Shown: positions 40,931 to 51,557, counted from the stretch's first letter. The stretch is 64,000 nt of DNA from Acidobacteriota bacterium (GCA_965248695.1 CBDFKD010000002.1:1984001-2048000), one strand, 5' to 3'. The notes: generated from the letters alone by a model not told the origin. A program made the numbers and translations.

Positions 40931-43102
40931 TCAACGCTGCGCATCGATCGCACGCAAGAGATCATCGTAGTGACGGTTGGCATCCGCCACGCGCTGCCGT
41001 AGCAGCTGTCGCTGACGCTCCCACACGGCCTCGAAGTCCTCGCCCAGCTCCCAGAATTCGAGCTCGTTACCCGGAACGATCGGCGCGTCCAGCAGGTGTC
41101 TCAACCGGGCGCGCATCTGTTCCAAGAGTGCCGGCGCTTTTGCGGCGCTCCAGGAACCCGCCCCGTCCACGTGCAGATAGGTCGGAGTGGAGTGGGCGAT
41201 GGCTTGCGCGCTGCCATAGGCACGGACGGCCAGCCAAGCTCCCGTGGTGGCGCTCAGCTCGTGTCGCAGCCTCAGCGAGCCGTCAGGCTCGACCTCCGAA
41301 ACCGTCGCCACGATGTCGCCGTGGACGACCAGCTCCAGCCGATCGAGCTCATCGACATCGGGGTTGATGCGCGCCGTGGCCTCGATGAGCAGCTTGGCTC
41401 CGGGGGCGGCGCGCAGCGTCGACCCCATCGGATGATCGTCGACCTCGAAGGTGAGCATCGGCCCGTTGGTAACGAACGTGTTGCCGGCCTCCAGCGAGCG
41501 AAACCAGGCTGTGGTCGTGAGCTCGCCCTCAACACGGGCGTAGCTGCGCACCGCGCCCGCCTGGTCGTAATACGGGAAGTCGGATCCCGCCACCGGCGTG
41601 ATCTGATAGCCGAGGTTGAGGAACTCGTACCACAGCTCGGTGTACAGCGAGCCGCCCTGCAGAACCTCGACGAAGTCGACCAACCCGAACGGCACGTCGA
41701 GCGCCAGGCCCCGGGAGCCGTTGAACTCCTCCTGCCCCACGTGCGCGTAGCCGCTGATGCCGCCCTGCTCGGCGTACGCCTCGAAGGCCTCGTGGTAGAG
41801 GAAGTACCGGTCGCGGCGGTGCAAGGGATCGAGGATGTTTAGCGAGATCGTATGGCCGCGCTGCGCCGTTCGCGGACCTTCGATTCCCGGCACCAACACA
41901 TGATCACCGACTTGGTGCTGGCCGTCGATGCCCCAGGCGTATTGGGGAAAGTGGATGGCGCCCGGATTGTGCATCTGCAACGTGTTGGCAACGTGAACAT
42001 CCTCGGCGCGGAGGTAGGCGCTGACGCGCTCGTTGTCTGCTTCCGTCGCACGCTCGATGTGGATGTGGGCGTCGCCCGAGTACCAGTTGCGGGCGGGCAT
42101 GTCGTCCCAGCGCGGGAGCAGGATCTCCACGTCGAGCTCCCGACCGACCTCGACCTTGAGCTCCCGTTGAACGATCTGATACTCGGGGCCCTTGGAGGCC
42201 ACCAGATGGTAGAGGCCGGCTGGCACCTCCGCCCGGTACCGGCCGTCGGCGTAGAACACGTGACGATTGGCCGCCGGCCAGGGCTGCGGGAAGCCGAACG
42301 TTCGGCCACGCAGAAAGATCTGCCGCACGTCGTCATCGTAGAAGTTGACCACCAGCGCATCGTCGCTCGGCAGCGGTAGGCGGCCGGTCGCGTCGTAGAG
42401 CCCGAGTCGAGCCGCGGTCGTCTCCCCCGTCGCCGCATCGATCAGGCGGAGGTTCAGGCGTCCTGAAGGTCCCGGTACCGGTGTCCGGTTCGACCGTGTG
42501 ATCACCGCCGAGCATAGGCTCAGCGTGTTCGGCTCATCGGTGTCTTGCCGGCGGTTTGCCCCGACCGCCGACAACGCGAGATCGGTTCGACCCATGCCGC
42601 GATTGGCGAAACGGGCCCGGTCCAGCGCGACGACCTCTCGATGCCACCGCCCGCTGGCCTCCGCTGGGCGCGGGATCCGGACTATGGCTTCGCTGCGTGC
42701 GCTCCGATCGTAAGAGAGCGTGACCGTGCCGGTAGCTTCGGCGTCGAAAACGAGCTCGAGCTCCACGGTCTCATCGATATCGAACGCCAGGTCGTCGTCG
42801 ACATCGAGCGCGATGAAGCTAGCCACCACGCAGCGTCGCCCTTCGATCTCTTCGACCTCGGGCAGCGCGCGGCGCGGGAAGGCGAACAAACCGAGGGAGT
42901 CCGGGTAACCGCCAGACAGTGTGCGAGCGATGCCCGTCATGGGCCACTCGACCTCGACAAGCCCGAGCGGGTTCGTGTGCGCCAATGCGACGCCTCCTGC
43001 CAGGCTGACCGCTGCCACGAACAATCGCGCACACCGAGGCCATGGTCGAGCACTACGGATCGGAAGACGGGGCGGAGACCTACGCGTTCCAGTCATCGGC
43101 AC
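40931..43102 (-). CDS. CehA/McbA family (PHP-like) metallohydrolase, exported
   Basis: WYSGDAHIH, YAHV, AGSD, GNTFVTNGP, AHSTP. Confidence 0.85.
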   Translation of the reverse strand: MPMTGTRRSPPRLPIRSARPWPRCARLFVAAVSLAGGVALAHTNPLGLVEVEWPMTGIARTLSGGYPDSLGLFAFPRRALPEVEEIEGRRCVVASFIALDVDDDLAFDIDETVELELVFDAEATGTVTLSYDRSARSEAIVRIPRPAEASGRWHREVVALDRARFANRGMGRTDLALSAVGANRRQDTDEPNTLSLCSAVITRSNRTPVPGPSGRLNLRLIDAATGETTAARLGLYDATGRLPLPSDDALVVNFYDDDVRQIFLRGRTFGFPQPWPAANRHVFYADGRYRAEVPAGLYHLVASKGPEYQIVQRELKVEVGRELDVEILLPRWDDMPARNWYSGDAHIHIERATEADNERVSAYLRAEDVHVANTLQMHNPGAIHFPQYAWGIDGQHQVGDHVLVPGIEGPRTAQRGHTISLNILDPLHRRDRYFLYHEAFEAYAEQGGISGYAHVGQEEFNGSRGLALDVPFGLVDFVEVLQGGSLYTELWYEFLNLGYQITPVAGSDFPYYDQAGAVRSYARVEGELTTTAWFRSLEAGNTFVTNGPMLTFEVDDHPMGSTLRAAPGAKLLIEATARINPDVDELDRLELVVHGDIVATVSEVEPDGSLRLRHELSATTGAWLAVRAYGSAQAIAHSTPTYLHVDGAGSWSAAKAPALLEQMRARLRHLLDAPIVPGNELEFWELGEDFEAVWERQRQLLRQRVADANRHYDDLLRAIDAQR

Positions 43103-43281
43103 CAGCGAGTGTTCGTGTGCACTGGACCCTCGGTTGTCAATTCGATCGACGACGAGACCCGCGCTTGGCGGAGCGACCCGGCTGACGATACCGGCGGCTG
43201 CCGGGCGTTGATCCCGCTGATCATGATCGCCGGCGGCTGCGGGGGCGATCCTGGGCTCCCGGTACGGTATCGTACGGCGCC

Positions 43282-44889
43282 ATGATTCTCCGTAGCCCGT
43301 TTCCAGATGTCGAGATCCCGGTCGAGTCGCTGACCGACTTCGTGCTCGCTGAGGCGCGCGCTCGCGGCGACAAGCCCGCCTTCGTCAATAGCGCTACATA
43401 CGAGGCCATCACCTACGCCGACTTCGTCGACGCCGTGGCGACCGTCGCCGCCAGCCTGGCCGAGCGCGGCTACGGCAAGGGCGATGTGATTGCCTTCTTT
43501 AGCCCCAATTGCCCCGAGTACGCCGTCGCCTTCCTGGCAGTGTGCAAGCTCGGTGGCACGGTTACGACGGTCAATCCGTTGTACACCGAGGGCGAGCTCG
43601 GTCATCAACTCGAGAACGCCGGCGCCAGGGCCATCATCACCGACCCGCAGTTCCTCGACACGGCGCGAGCAGCCGCCGAGGGCGTCGGTATCACCGAGAT
43701 CTTCGTGTTCGGGAACGCCGAAGGCGTCACCTCGTTCGCGGAGCTGATGCACCGAGACGACAGCGGTGCGGTGGAGTTTCCAACCGCCGCCACCGATGCC
43801 CTGACCGACCTCGCAGTGCTGCCCTATTCGAGCGGCACGACCGGCGTGGCCAAGGGCGTGATGCTGACGCACCACAACCTGGTGGCCAACCTCTGCCAGA
43901 TCAACGGCGTCGCCCCGGGAACCGAGTATTGCGCCACCGAGGACGACGTGCTGATGGGGGTCCTGCCGTTCTTCCACATCTACGGCATGATCATGATGCT
44001 GAACTCGTTGAAGCTCGGCTGCACGCTGATAACAATGGCGCGCTTCGACCTCGAGAAGTTCCTCGACATGCTCGAGCGCTACAAAGTCAGTTACCTGCAC
44101 GTGGTGCCGCCCATCGCGCTGCTGCTGTCGAAGCATCCGGCGGTCGACAACTACTCGATCCCCAACGTGCGCCAGATCGTCTGCGGCGCAGCACCGCTGG
44201 GCGAGGATGTCGCTGACGATGTGTATGCGCGGCTCGGAGCGCGCATCAACCAGGCGTGGGGCATGACCGAGCTCAGCCCGGTGGGGCACATGAACTCCGA
44301 TCCGCCGGAGACACTCGATCCGACTTCGGTGGGCCCCTGCGTTCCGAACGCCGAGTCGAAGATTGTCAACGTCGAGACCGGGGAGGCGCTCGGCCCGCAG
44401 GAGCGCGGCGAGCTGTGCCAGCGCGGTCCGCACGTCATGGCCGGCTACCTGAACAACCCCGAGGCGACCGCGGCATGCATCGACGAGGATGGTTGGCTGC
44501 ATACCGGCGACATCGCCTTGGCTGATGAGCGCGGCTATGTCTGGGTGGTCGACCGGGTCAAGGAGCTCATCAAGTACAAGGGCTTCCAGGTGGCACCGGC
44601 GGAGCTGGAGTCGTTGATCCTCACCCACGACGCGGTCGCCGACGTGGCCGTGATCGGCGTCGCTGACGACGAGGCCGGCGAGCTTCCGAAGGCATTCGTG
44701 GTGACGAAAGGTGGCGAGGCCGAAGCGAGCGACGAGCTGGCGAAGGAGCTCCAGAGCTTCGTCGCCGGGCAGGTAGCGCCGCACAAGAAGATCCGCATCG
44801 TCGAGTTTATCGACGCCATTCCGAAGTCGGCATCGGGGAAGATCCTGCGGCGCACGCTGATCGAACAGGAGCGCAACGCCCGGGCCTGA
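43282..44889 (+). CDS. 4-coumarate-CoA ligase-like AMP-binding enzyme
   Basis: YSSGTTGVAKGVMLTH, GELCQRG, ELIKYKGFQVAPAELE, SGKILRR. Confidence 0.88.
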   Translation: MILRSPFPDVEIPVESLTDFVLAEARARGDKPAFVNSATYEAITYADFVDAVATVAASLAERGYGKGDVIAFFSPNCPEYAVAFLAVCKLGGTVTTVNPLYTEGELGHQLENAGARAIITDPQFLDTARAAAEGVGITEIFVFGNAEGVTSFAELMHRDDSGAVEFPTAATDALTDLAVLPYSSGTTGVAKGVMLTHHNLVANLCQINGVAPGTEYCATEDDVLMGVLPFFHIYGMIMMLNSLKLGCTLITMARFDLEKFLDMLERYKVSYLHVVPPIALLLSKHPAVDNYSIPNVRQIVCGAAPLGEDVADDVYARLGARINQAWGMTELSPVGHMNSDPPETLDPTSVGPCVPNAESKIVNVETGEALGPQERGELCQRGPHVMAGYLNNPEATAACIDEDGWLHTGDIALADERGYVWVVDRVKELIKYKGFQVAPAELESLILTHDAVADVAVIGVADDEAGELPKAFVVTKGGEAEASDELAKELQSFVAGQVAPHKKIRIVEFIDAIPKSASGKILRRTLIEQERNARA

Positions 44890-44957
44890 AGACGCCGCAC
44901 GGGCCGGCGTCCGACGACGCTCTGACCGAGGAACACAGGTGACATGTTGCTAGCCGG

Positions 44958-46421
44958 ATGAGCGGACAGACGATCGCCGAGCAGGCGCTCGCCGAGAAGA
45001 GCAAGCTCAAGAAGGTCATGGGGCCTCGCGACCTGGTGCTTTTCTATATCGCCTGCATCGTCACCATGCGAGTCGTTGCCCTGTCGACCGAGAACGGTCC
45101 CAGCGTCGTGGTGCTCTGGGTTCTCGGCTTCGTTCTCTTCTACATCCCGCAGGCCTTCACGGTCGTCGAGCTCACAGCGCGACATCCGGACGAAGGCGGC
45201 ATCTACATATGGGCGCAGCGCGCCTTCGGCGAGTTTCACGGCTTCATCACCGCGTGGTTCTACTGGGCCACCAACCTCGTCTACTTTCCCGCAGTACTGC
45301 TGTTCTCGGCCAGCAACGCGGCGTTCATCTTCCCGCGCTGGTCGCATCTTGCCGAGCATCCGGGTTTCCTGGCGACGTTCTCACTCGCCGGCATCGCGCT
45401 CGTCGTCGTCGTCAACGTTCTCGGCCTCGATATTGCCAAGTACCTGCACAACGCCAGCGGCTATCTGAACATGTGGGTACCCGGGGTGATCGTGGTGGTG
45501 CTGGGCTTTTTGACCTGGGTGAACTTCGGCTCGGCAAGCGAGTTCTCGAGCAGCACCTTGATGCCGAGCTTCGGCGGCCTGTCCGACGTCATCTTGCTGG
45601 CCGCGATCGCCTACGCGTTCACCGGCCTCGAGTCGGCTTCGATCATGAGCGAGGAGGTCCAGAACCCGCGGCGCAACGTCCCGCGCGCTCTGGCGACCGC
45701 CGGTTTGATGATGGTCGCAATGTTCATTCTGATTTCCTCTGCCATCCTCGTGGTGCTGCCGGTGGAACAAGTCACCGGCTTGACCGGGCTCACGGATACC
45801 GCGCGCGTGGCGGGCACCAAGCTCATCGGCGCGACGGCCGGCGGGTTGCTGGGTTCGATTGTCTCCCTGTGCCTGTGCATTGCGGCCGTCGGCACGGTGA
45901 GCGCCTGGATGGCGACGTGCGCGCGGCTGCCGTTCGTGGCCGGCCTCGATCGTTATCTACCGCCGGCGTTCGGAACCTTGCATCCGAAGTACGCCACGCC
46001 GCACGTTTCGGTGATCACGCTCGGCGTTGCCACCGCTGCATTGATCGTGCTCGGCAACATGGACGGTACCGCGCAGCAGATCTACCGAGTCTTCATCAGC
46101 CTCGAGATCGTCGTCTACTTCATCCCGTTCATGTACATGTTCGGCGCGCTCCTGGTGATGCAACGTGACCCGGTACCGGAAGGCACGCAGCGAGCGCCCT
46201 TCGCGCCGTGGGGCGCCTATCTCGCCGGCAGCACCGGGCTGGTCGTGACCGTCGCCTCATTCGTGTTCGCGCTGATTCCTGGTGATCTGGTCGAGGACAA
46301 GACGTTCTTCTACTTCACGGTCTTCGGAATGCTCGGCGTGCTGACGCTCGTCGGTGTCGGCATCTATGCCAACGGCAAGCTGCGTCGACGGCGGCTTCAG
46401 GCAGCTCCCGATGCAATCTGA
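44958..46421 (+). CDS. APC family amino acid/polyamine permease
   Basis: EGGIYIW, AFTGLE, NPRRNVP; about 12 TM. Confidence 0.9.
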   Translation: MSGQTIAEQALAEKSKLKKVMGPRDLVLFYIACIVTMRVVALSTENGPSVVVLWVLGFVLFYIPQAFTVVELTARHPDEGGIYIWAQRAFGEFHGFITAWFYWATNLVYFPAVLLFSASNAAFIFPRWSHLAEHPGFLATFSLAGIALVVVVNVLGLDIAKYLHNASGYLNMWVPGVIVVVLGFLTWVNFGSASEFSSSTLMPSFGGLSDVILLAAIAYAFTGLESASIMSEEVQNPRRNVPRALATAGLMMVAMFILISSAILVVLPVEQVTGLTGLTDTARVAGTKLIGATAGGLLGSIVSLCLCIAAVGTVSAWMATCARLPFVAGLDRYLPPAFGTLHPKYATPHVSVITLGVATAALIVLGNMDGTAQQIYRVFISLEIVVYFIPFMYMFGALLVMQRDPVPEGTQRAPFAPWGAYLAGSTGLVVTVASFVFALIPGDLVEDKTFFYFTVFGMLGVLTLVGVGIYANGKLRRRRLQAAPDAI

Positions 46422-46439
46422 GCATCGCGTCCTCCGGCC

Positions 46440-46850
46440 GTGACGGACTCTGGCGTGAACTTCTCAGGCGGGTGTCTCTGCGGTGCCCTGCGTTACCGAT
46501 CGACAGCGGGTCCATTGACAACCGGTTTCTGCCACTGTCGGAACTGCCAGCGCTCTAGCGGGGCGCCGGTATCGGTCTGGGCCGCCTTCCCGATCGATTG
46601 CTTCGAATACGAGCGCGGAACACCGAAGATCCACAAAGCTTCAGAGCGCGGCCGGCGCGAGTTCTGCGAGAGCTGCGGCACCCACATCGCCTATCGCCGC
46701 ATCCAGGGTCCCGAGGAAGTCGATGTGAACGTCGGGACCCTCGACGATCCGGCAGCGGTCCAGCCCGAGATCCATATCTGGACCCGCGATCGCATCGCCT
46801 GGTTCGAGACCCGCGACGACCTGCCGCGGCACGAGGACGGTGGCAACTAG
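46440..46850 (+). CDS. GFA family protein
   Basis: GGCLCG, CHCRNCQR, FCESCG. Confidence 0.92.
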   Translation: MTDSGVNFSGGCLCGALRYRSTAGPLTTGFCHCRNCQRSSGAPVSVWAAFPIDCFEYERGTPKIHKASERGRREFCESCGTHIAYRRIQGPEEVDVNVGTLDDPAAVQPEIHIWTRDRIAWFETRDDLPRHEDGGN

Positions 46851-48754
46851 GTAGACAGCAGTTCGTGAACCGCCCGATGCGCCTGGCCGATCGCCTCCTC
46901 GGTCATCGCGTTGGCGCCTGAGTCCGAGTTGGCGATGGCGATCCGACCGAACGTCGCGCGGGCCCGCTCCCACGTGCGTTTTTCCTTCGGCCACTCCTCT
47001 GTGGTCCAGTAGATATCGCCACTATCGGGATCGAAGCCCCAGGCATAGCCGTGCGGCCAACGGTTGACCGTGATGGCCTCGATGTCGCGCGCCGGATCGA
47101 AGCCGCCGCCCGCGAGCATGCGGGCAAGCTGATCGCGGATCTCGCGCTCGAAGGTCTCGAAGCTGGTTGTCAGCAGGTCCCAGCGACCAGCCTTCCATTG
47201 GTCGGGGATCGGCAGACCCGGGCTGAGCGGCGTGCGAGTGAGCTGCAGCACCATGGGCTCTTCCGGCGTGCGCGGACACTCGTATGCGCCCATGCTCACC
47301 GGATCTCCCAGGCGCACGTTGGTGTGGTAACTGCCGGGGCAGTGGGCGCTCCTCAGCTTCAAGTTGGCGAACGAGGTCCAGTCGCGCAGCAACACTCGTG
47401 TGTACACCAGGGGTGCCTTGAGCGCATACGACAGCGCCTTCCGTTGCGGATCGGGCAGCTCCGGGCAGATGTGCGGGATCGCGGCGTTGTAGCAGGCGAA
47501 CACGCACCGGCGTGCACGGACGGTCTGGGCGATGTCTTCTCGAACGTAGGTGACCTCGACCGTATCGGCGCTCTCGGGGTTTCCGGCGTGCTCGACATGA
47601 ACCACCGTGCTGTTGAGCCGGATGCGTACCGGCGCCTCCTCACGATCGAGCATGGAATAGTCGAAGCGCGCCGTCATCATGGCTTCCGGGTCCGCCGCAT
47701 CGCTGATCTCGGGAATCATCGACCGGACCATCAGCCGGGTAATCGACGCATTGCCGTCCGGGAACCGGAAGTAGGCCCCGCTGTCCTCGTGGTCGGCGGC
47801 CAGGCCGAGAGCGTCGAGCCCCGGATAACCCGACCAGATCGCCGGCGACATCGGCAGCGACTCGATGCGCACATTCCAGTAGCTGTCGCCGCGCGACTGC
47901 AGGTACGGGAGGACTCCCTTGTCGACCTCGGCGATCTCGAGCAGGAACTCCTGATACGTCATGCCCTCCAGCCGCTTCCACTTTTCCTCCGCCGACAGAC
48001 CTTGCAGGTAGTCGATGTCGCCTTCGTGAAGCCGGATCAGATCGTTCTTGACCTGTTCCGACAGCGGCGCGCCGTCGAAGAACTCGGCCCACGGTTTCCT
48101 ACCCTGGCCGACGGCGAGATGGTCGGCACCGAACGTCTCACGATCGAAAAACACGCCGCGCTGCAACCCCAACGAGCGGTATGTCCTGGGGCTCACGTAC
48201 TCGGAGTAGCGCTCGGGGTCGATGCCGAGCTCACGGAACAGCCCCTTGGCGGCCTCGCCGTAGGCCGAGTAGTCCTCGATCTCGACCGTGCCGCCGTTCA
48301 TCAGCAGCATGCGGTCACCGGAGGTGAACTCGTTGCGCTTGGCGTGACCGCCGAAGTCGTCGTGGTTGTCGATGATCAGGATCCTGACGGTCGGCCCGGC
48401 CTCCTGGCGGAAGAAATAGGCCGCTGCAAGGCCGCTCATGCCGCCGCCGACGACCACCAGGTCGTAGGTCTCGTCAGTCTCGGTGGGTTGCCAGCGCTTG
48501 CCGTCGCGCATCGCGTGGGCGACGTCAAACGAGCCCGGGTGACTGCCGCGCATGCCGGTGAGCGACGGCGGGTAGTACTCGGCCGCCGAGGCGGCACCCG
48601 TAGCGGCAGCCGACGGCGATCCGATTGCGCCCGCCTCGGACCACGGGAACAGCAACGAGCCGGTGACGGCGATTCCGGCACCGTCGATGAAGTCCCGACG
48701 GTTGATCTTCCGCCCCATCCCCAGCTCACGGTCTCGACGTTTCATGAAGCCCAC
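46847..48754 (-). CDS. spdH: Spermidine dehydrogenase-like Tat flavoprotein
   Basis: INRRDFI Tat motif, YYPP..GMRGSHPGSF, GGGMSG, DNHDDFGGHAKRNEF, NRWPHGYA. Confidence 0.8.
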   Translation of the reverse strand: MGFMKRRDRELGMGRKINRRDFIDGAGIAVTGSLLFPWSEAGAIGSPSAAATGAASAAEYYPPSLTGMRGSHPGSFDVAHAMRDGKRWQPTETDETYDLVVVGGGMSGLAAAYFFRQEAGPTVRILIIDNHDDFGGHAKRNEFTSGDRMLLMNGGTVEIEDYSAYGEAAKGLFRELGIDPERYSEYVSPRTYRSLGLQRGVFFDRETFGADHLAVGQGRKPWAEFFDGAPLSEQVKNDLIRLHEGDIDYLQGLSAEEKWKRLEGMTYQEFLLEIAEVDKGVLPYLQSRGDSYWNVRIESLPMSPAIWSGYPGLDALGLAADHEDSGAYFRFPDGNASITRLMVRSMIPEISDAADPEAMMTARFDYSMLDREEAPVRIRLNSTVVHVEHAGNPESADTVEVTYVREDIAQTVRARRCVFACYNAAIPHICPELPDPQRKALSYALKAPLVYTRVLLRDWTSFANLKLRSAHCPGSYHTNVRLGDPVSMGAYECPRTPEEPMVLQLTRTPLSPGLPIPDQWKAGRWDLLTTSFETFEREIRDQLARMLAGGGFDPARDIEAITVNRWPHGYAWGFDPDSGDIYWTTEEWPKEKRTWERARATFGRIAIANSDSGANAMTEEAIGQAHRAVHELLST

Positions 48755-48824
48755 CCATGTTGATTCGTGACGGATGCGTGTTCGGTGCTCGTGGGGTCAG
48801 CGGCTCTCTCGACCCGTGGGAACC

Positions 48825-49772
48825 TCATCGGGAGAACAGCTCCCAGATCAGATCGCTGGCCGAGATGTCGTCGGTGGTGTTGCCCAGGGAGTCACGCTCG
48901 ACGGCTGCCGGCCAGGTGTGGCCGCCGCCCTCGACGCGGTACCACTCGGTGCTGGCCTCGCAGCCGGTCCATGACAAGTGCATCACCTCGTCGCTCACGC
49001 GCCGCTCCACCGGCCCCGCGGCGCAGCCGTTGTGATCGGCCCACCGCTGCATCGCCTCGGGCACCGGAGGGTCGTTCCAGGGCGGGTCGGAGCCGGCAAT
49101 CGGCACCACAGGGTCGGCGGTGCCGTGGAAGTAGATAAAGGGTCGTGGCGGCGCGTCGCTGCACTCGGCCTGGTTGTAGTACATGTACGTCACTGGTCCA
49201 TAGGCCTTGAATGGGCTGTCAGCGAGACACGCCAGCGCCGACACCATGTCGCCGCCGGCCGACATCCCGGTGGCGAAGAAATCGCCGGCGGTGTGCTCAC
49301 GCTGCAGCAGTCTGACCAGCTCGAGGATGAAGTCGACATCGTAATCTCGCTCGCGCAGATTCGCCTCCCACGCACTGTTCCAGTAGCCGGCGAGCCCGTG
49401 TGTCGCGTCCGGGTAGACCTTGTTGGCATCGGGCACCACGAGGATCACCCCGTCGCGGTCCGCCTGCGCGGTAAAGTCCGCGTAGCGGAACTGCGCCGGC
49501 GCACTGGAGCCAGCGCCGTGAAAGTTGAAGACGACGTCAGCGCGCGTCCCTTCGTGGTAGCCCGCCGGAAGCCGCAACAACCAGGTTCGCTCGGTGCCGT
49601 CCGGAGCCGGGAGAGTGCGTTCCGTGTAGGGGCGGTCGATCGGCACAGCAGCGGAGTCCGCGGCTGCCGCTTCTCCCTCCGGCTCGGCAGGCGCCCCACA
49701 GGCGACTAGGGCAACGGCGGCGGCGAGCGCCACCGAGCGGCGGACGGTCTTGCTGCGATCACTACACTTCAT
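48825..49772 (-). CDS. PHB depolymerase/LpqP-like esterase lipoprotein
   Basis: Lipobox LVAC, FHGAG, GMSAG, HGTADP, GGGHTWP. Confidence 0.85.
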   Translation of the reverse strand: MKCSDRSKTVRRSVALAAAVALVACGAPAEPEGEAAAADSAAVPIDRPYTERTLPAPDGTERTWLLRLPAGYHEGTRADVVFNFHGAGSSAPAQFRYADFTAQADRDGVILVVPDANKVYPDATHGLAGYWNSAWEANLRERDYDVDFILELVRLLQREHTAGDFFATGMSAGGDMVSALACLADSPFKAYGPVTYMYYNQAECSDAPPRPFIYFHGTADPVVPIAGSDPPWNDPPVPEAMQRWADHNGCAAGPVERRVSDEVMHLSWTGCEASTEWYRVEGGGHTWPAAVERDSLGNTTDDISASDLIWELFSR

Positions 49773-49848
49773 GCGCTCTTCTCGGATGGCTAGTGGCGAA
49801 TGCAGGAGTGTACTGTGGCCCCTCCCGCAGCCGATATGCTGGGCGACC

Positions 49849-50667
49849 ATGAGCGCCGAAGACGCGATGGACTATGACGACCTGATCGGGCTCTTCGAGC
49901 TCGTCTGGGGTGACGGGTACATGTCACCCGGCGGCCCCGAGGAGGTCGCGATGTTGCTGGGCAGTCTCGACCTGACCGGTGCCGAGATGCTCGACGTTGG
50001 CTGCGGCACCGGCGGCGTCGACGTCGAGCTCATTCGCACCCACGGCGCCGCACACGTGCTGGGAATCGATGTCAACGCCGGGCTGATCGAGCGCGCCCGG
50101 GCACGGGCGGAACGCCACGGGCTCAGCGAGCGGCTCGCGTTCCGGTGTGTCGAGCCGGGTCCGCTGGAGCTCGATGATGCTTCGGTCGACTCAGTGTTCA
50201 GCAAGGACGCCATCCTTCATATGCCCGACAAAGCTGCGTTCCTCGACGACGTGTTCCGCGTTCTGCGCCCCGGCGGCAGCTTCGTCGCCAGCGACTGGTT
50301 GCGTCGCGACCCCCAGCCCCCGAGCGCGGACATGCGCTACTGGATCGAAACCGAAGGCCTGGGGTTCGTTCCCGCGTCTCCCGAGGACTACGGCCGGTCA
50401 TTCGCCGACAGCGGTTTCGGGTCCGGCCGACTGATCGATCGCAACGCCTGGTATCGCGAGATTGCCCGCACCGAACACGCACGCATGGCAGCGGGTGGGG
50501 ACCTCAACGAGCGCGTCCACGACCTGCTCGGAGAGGAGAACGCACTCCGCGAGATCGAAGCCTGGCGCGCGATGACGGTCGTGCTCGACAGCGGCGAGCT
50601 GCGACCGACCCACCTGCGCGCACACAAGCCGTCGGAAACGGCAGAGCATCTCAGGAGCGACCCATGA
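49849..50667 (+). CDS. SAM-dependent N-methyltransferase (phosphoethanolamine/sarcosine MT-like)
   Basis: WGDGYMSPGG, LDVGCGTGG, SKDAILH, LRPGG. Confidence 0.8.
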   Translation: MSAEDAMDYDDLIGLFELVWGDGYMSPGGPEEVAMLLGSLDLTGAEMLDVGCGTGGVDVELIRTHGAAHVLGIDVNAGLIERARARAERHGLSERLAFRCVEPGPLELDDASVDSVFSKDAILHMPDKAAFLDDVFRVLRPGGSFVASDWLRRDPQPPSADMRYWIETEGLGFVPASPEDYGRSFADSGFGSGRLIDRNAWYREIARTEHARMAAGGDLNERVHDLLGEENALREIEAWRAMTVVLDSGELRPTHLRAHKPSETAEHLRSDP

Positions 50668-51557
50668 GCAGCGGAGAGGCAGTCGGTACCATCGCCGGAC
50701 TCTGGAGGTTCCCGGTCAAATCGATGTGCGGAGAGCAACTCCAGGAGGCGGTTGTCACCGAACACGGACTCCTGGGCGACCGCTCCCATGCGCTCATCGA
50801 CCTCGACACCGGCAAGGTGGTGAGCGCCAAGAGCGTTCGACTGTTCCCCGAGCTGCTCGAATGCGAGGCGAGCTTCGTCGAAGCTCCGCAGCCGGAACGA
50901 CAGCTGCCGCCCGTGCGAATCACCTTGCCGGACGGCACCGACGTCGCCAGCGACGCTGGCAACTCGGATCGCGCGCTGTCGAGCTTCTTCCACCGCAACG
51001 TGACGCTTGCCGGCGCGGCGCCCGACGACTTCACCATCGATCTGTACTATCCGGATCTCGAGGATCTGGACCCGGCCGGACACCGGGACGAGATGGTCGA
51101 GCAGAAGCTCGGCGCGGCCCTCTTCGCCCAGCTCGGCGTCGACTCCCCGGTTCCCGACGGCTCGTTCATGGACGTGTTCCCGATCTCGGTCCTGACGGCC
51201 TCCACCCTCGCGCGTTTGCGCCAGATCCGTCCGCAGAGCGATTTCGACGAGCGTCGGTTCAGAATGAACCTGATCATCGACACCGAGCAAGCGGGATTCC
51301 CGGAGAACGACTGGGTGGGTTCCGAGCTCAGGATCGGGGAAGCTGTACGGCTCGGCGTTGCCGCGCCCGACGCTCGCTGTGTGATGACCACCCTGGCGCA
51401 GGGCGACCTGCCGAGGGACACGGATGTTCTACGAACCCTCGCTCGTCACAACAGAATCTCGGTTGGCGAGATCGGCCAGTTTCCCTGCGCCGGCGCCTAC
51501 GCGACGGTCGCAGCACCGGGGACCGTGAGAATAGGTGACCCGGTGAGGCTCGCCTGA
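50664..51557 (+). CDS. MOSC domain protein
   Basis: RFPVKSM, GDR, RRFRMN, RCVMTT. Confidence 0.92.
   Translation: MSSGEAVGTIAGLWRFPVKSMCGEQLQEAVVTEHGLLGDRSHALIDLDTGKVVSAKSVRLFPELLECEASFVEAPQPERQLPPVRITLPDGTDVASDAGNSDRALSSFFHRNVTLAGAAPDDFTIDLYYPDLEDLDPAGHRDEMVEQKLGAALFAQLGVDSPVPDGSFMDVFPISVLTASTLARLRQIRPQSDFDERRFRMNLIIDTEQAGFPENDWVGSELRIGEAVRLGVAAPDARCVMTTLAQGDLPRDTDVLRTLARHNRISVGEIGQFPCAGAYATVAAPGTVRIGDPVRLA

Noticed and set aside
43191-43240. Direct repeat CCGGCGGCTGC x2 around the palindrome GATCATGATC in a divergent intergenic region
   Set aside because: Short and GC-rich; compatible with chance.
20842-48763. Long antisense ORFs (e.g. 20842-22479, 31382-32833, 43093-44784, 47051-48763)
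   Set aside because: Shadow frames of high-GC genes with no recognisable motifs.
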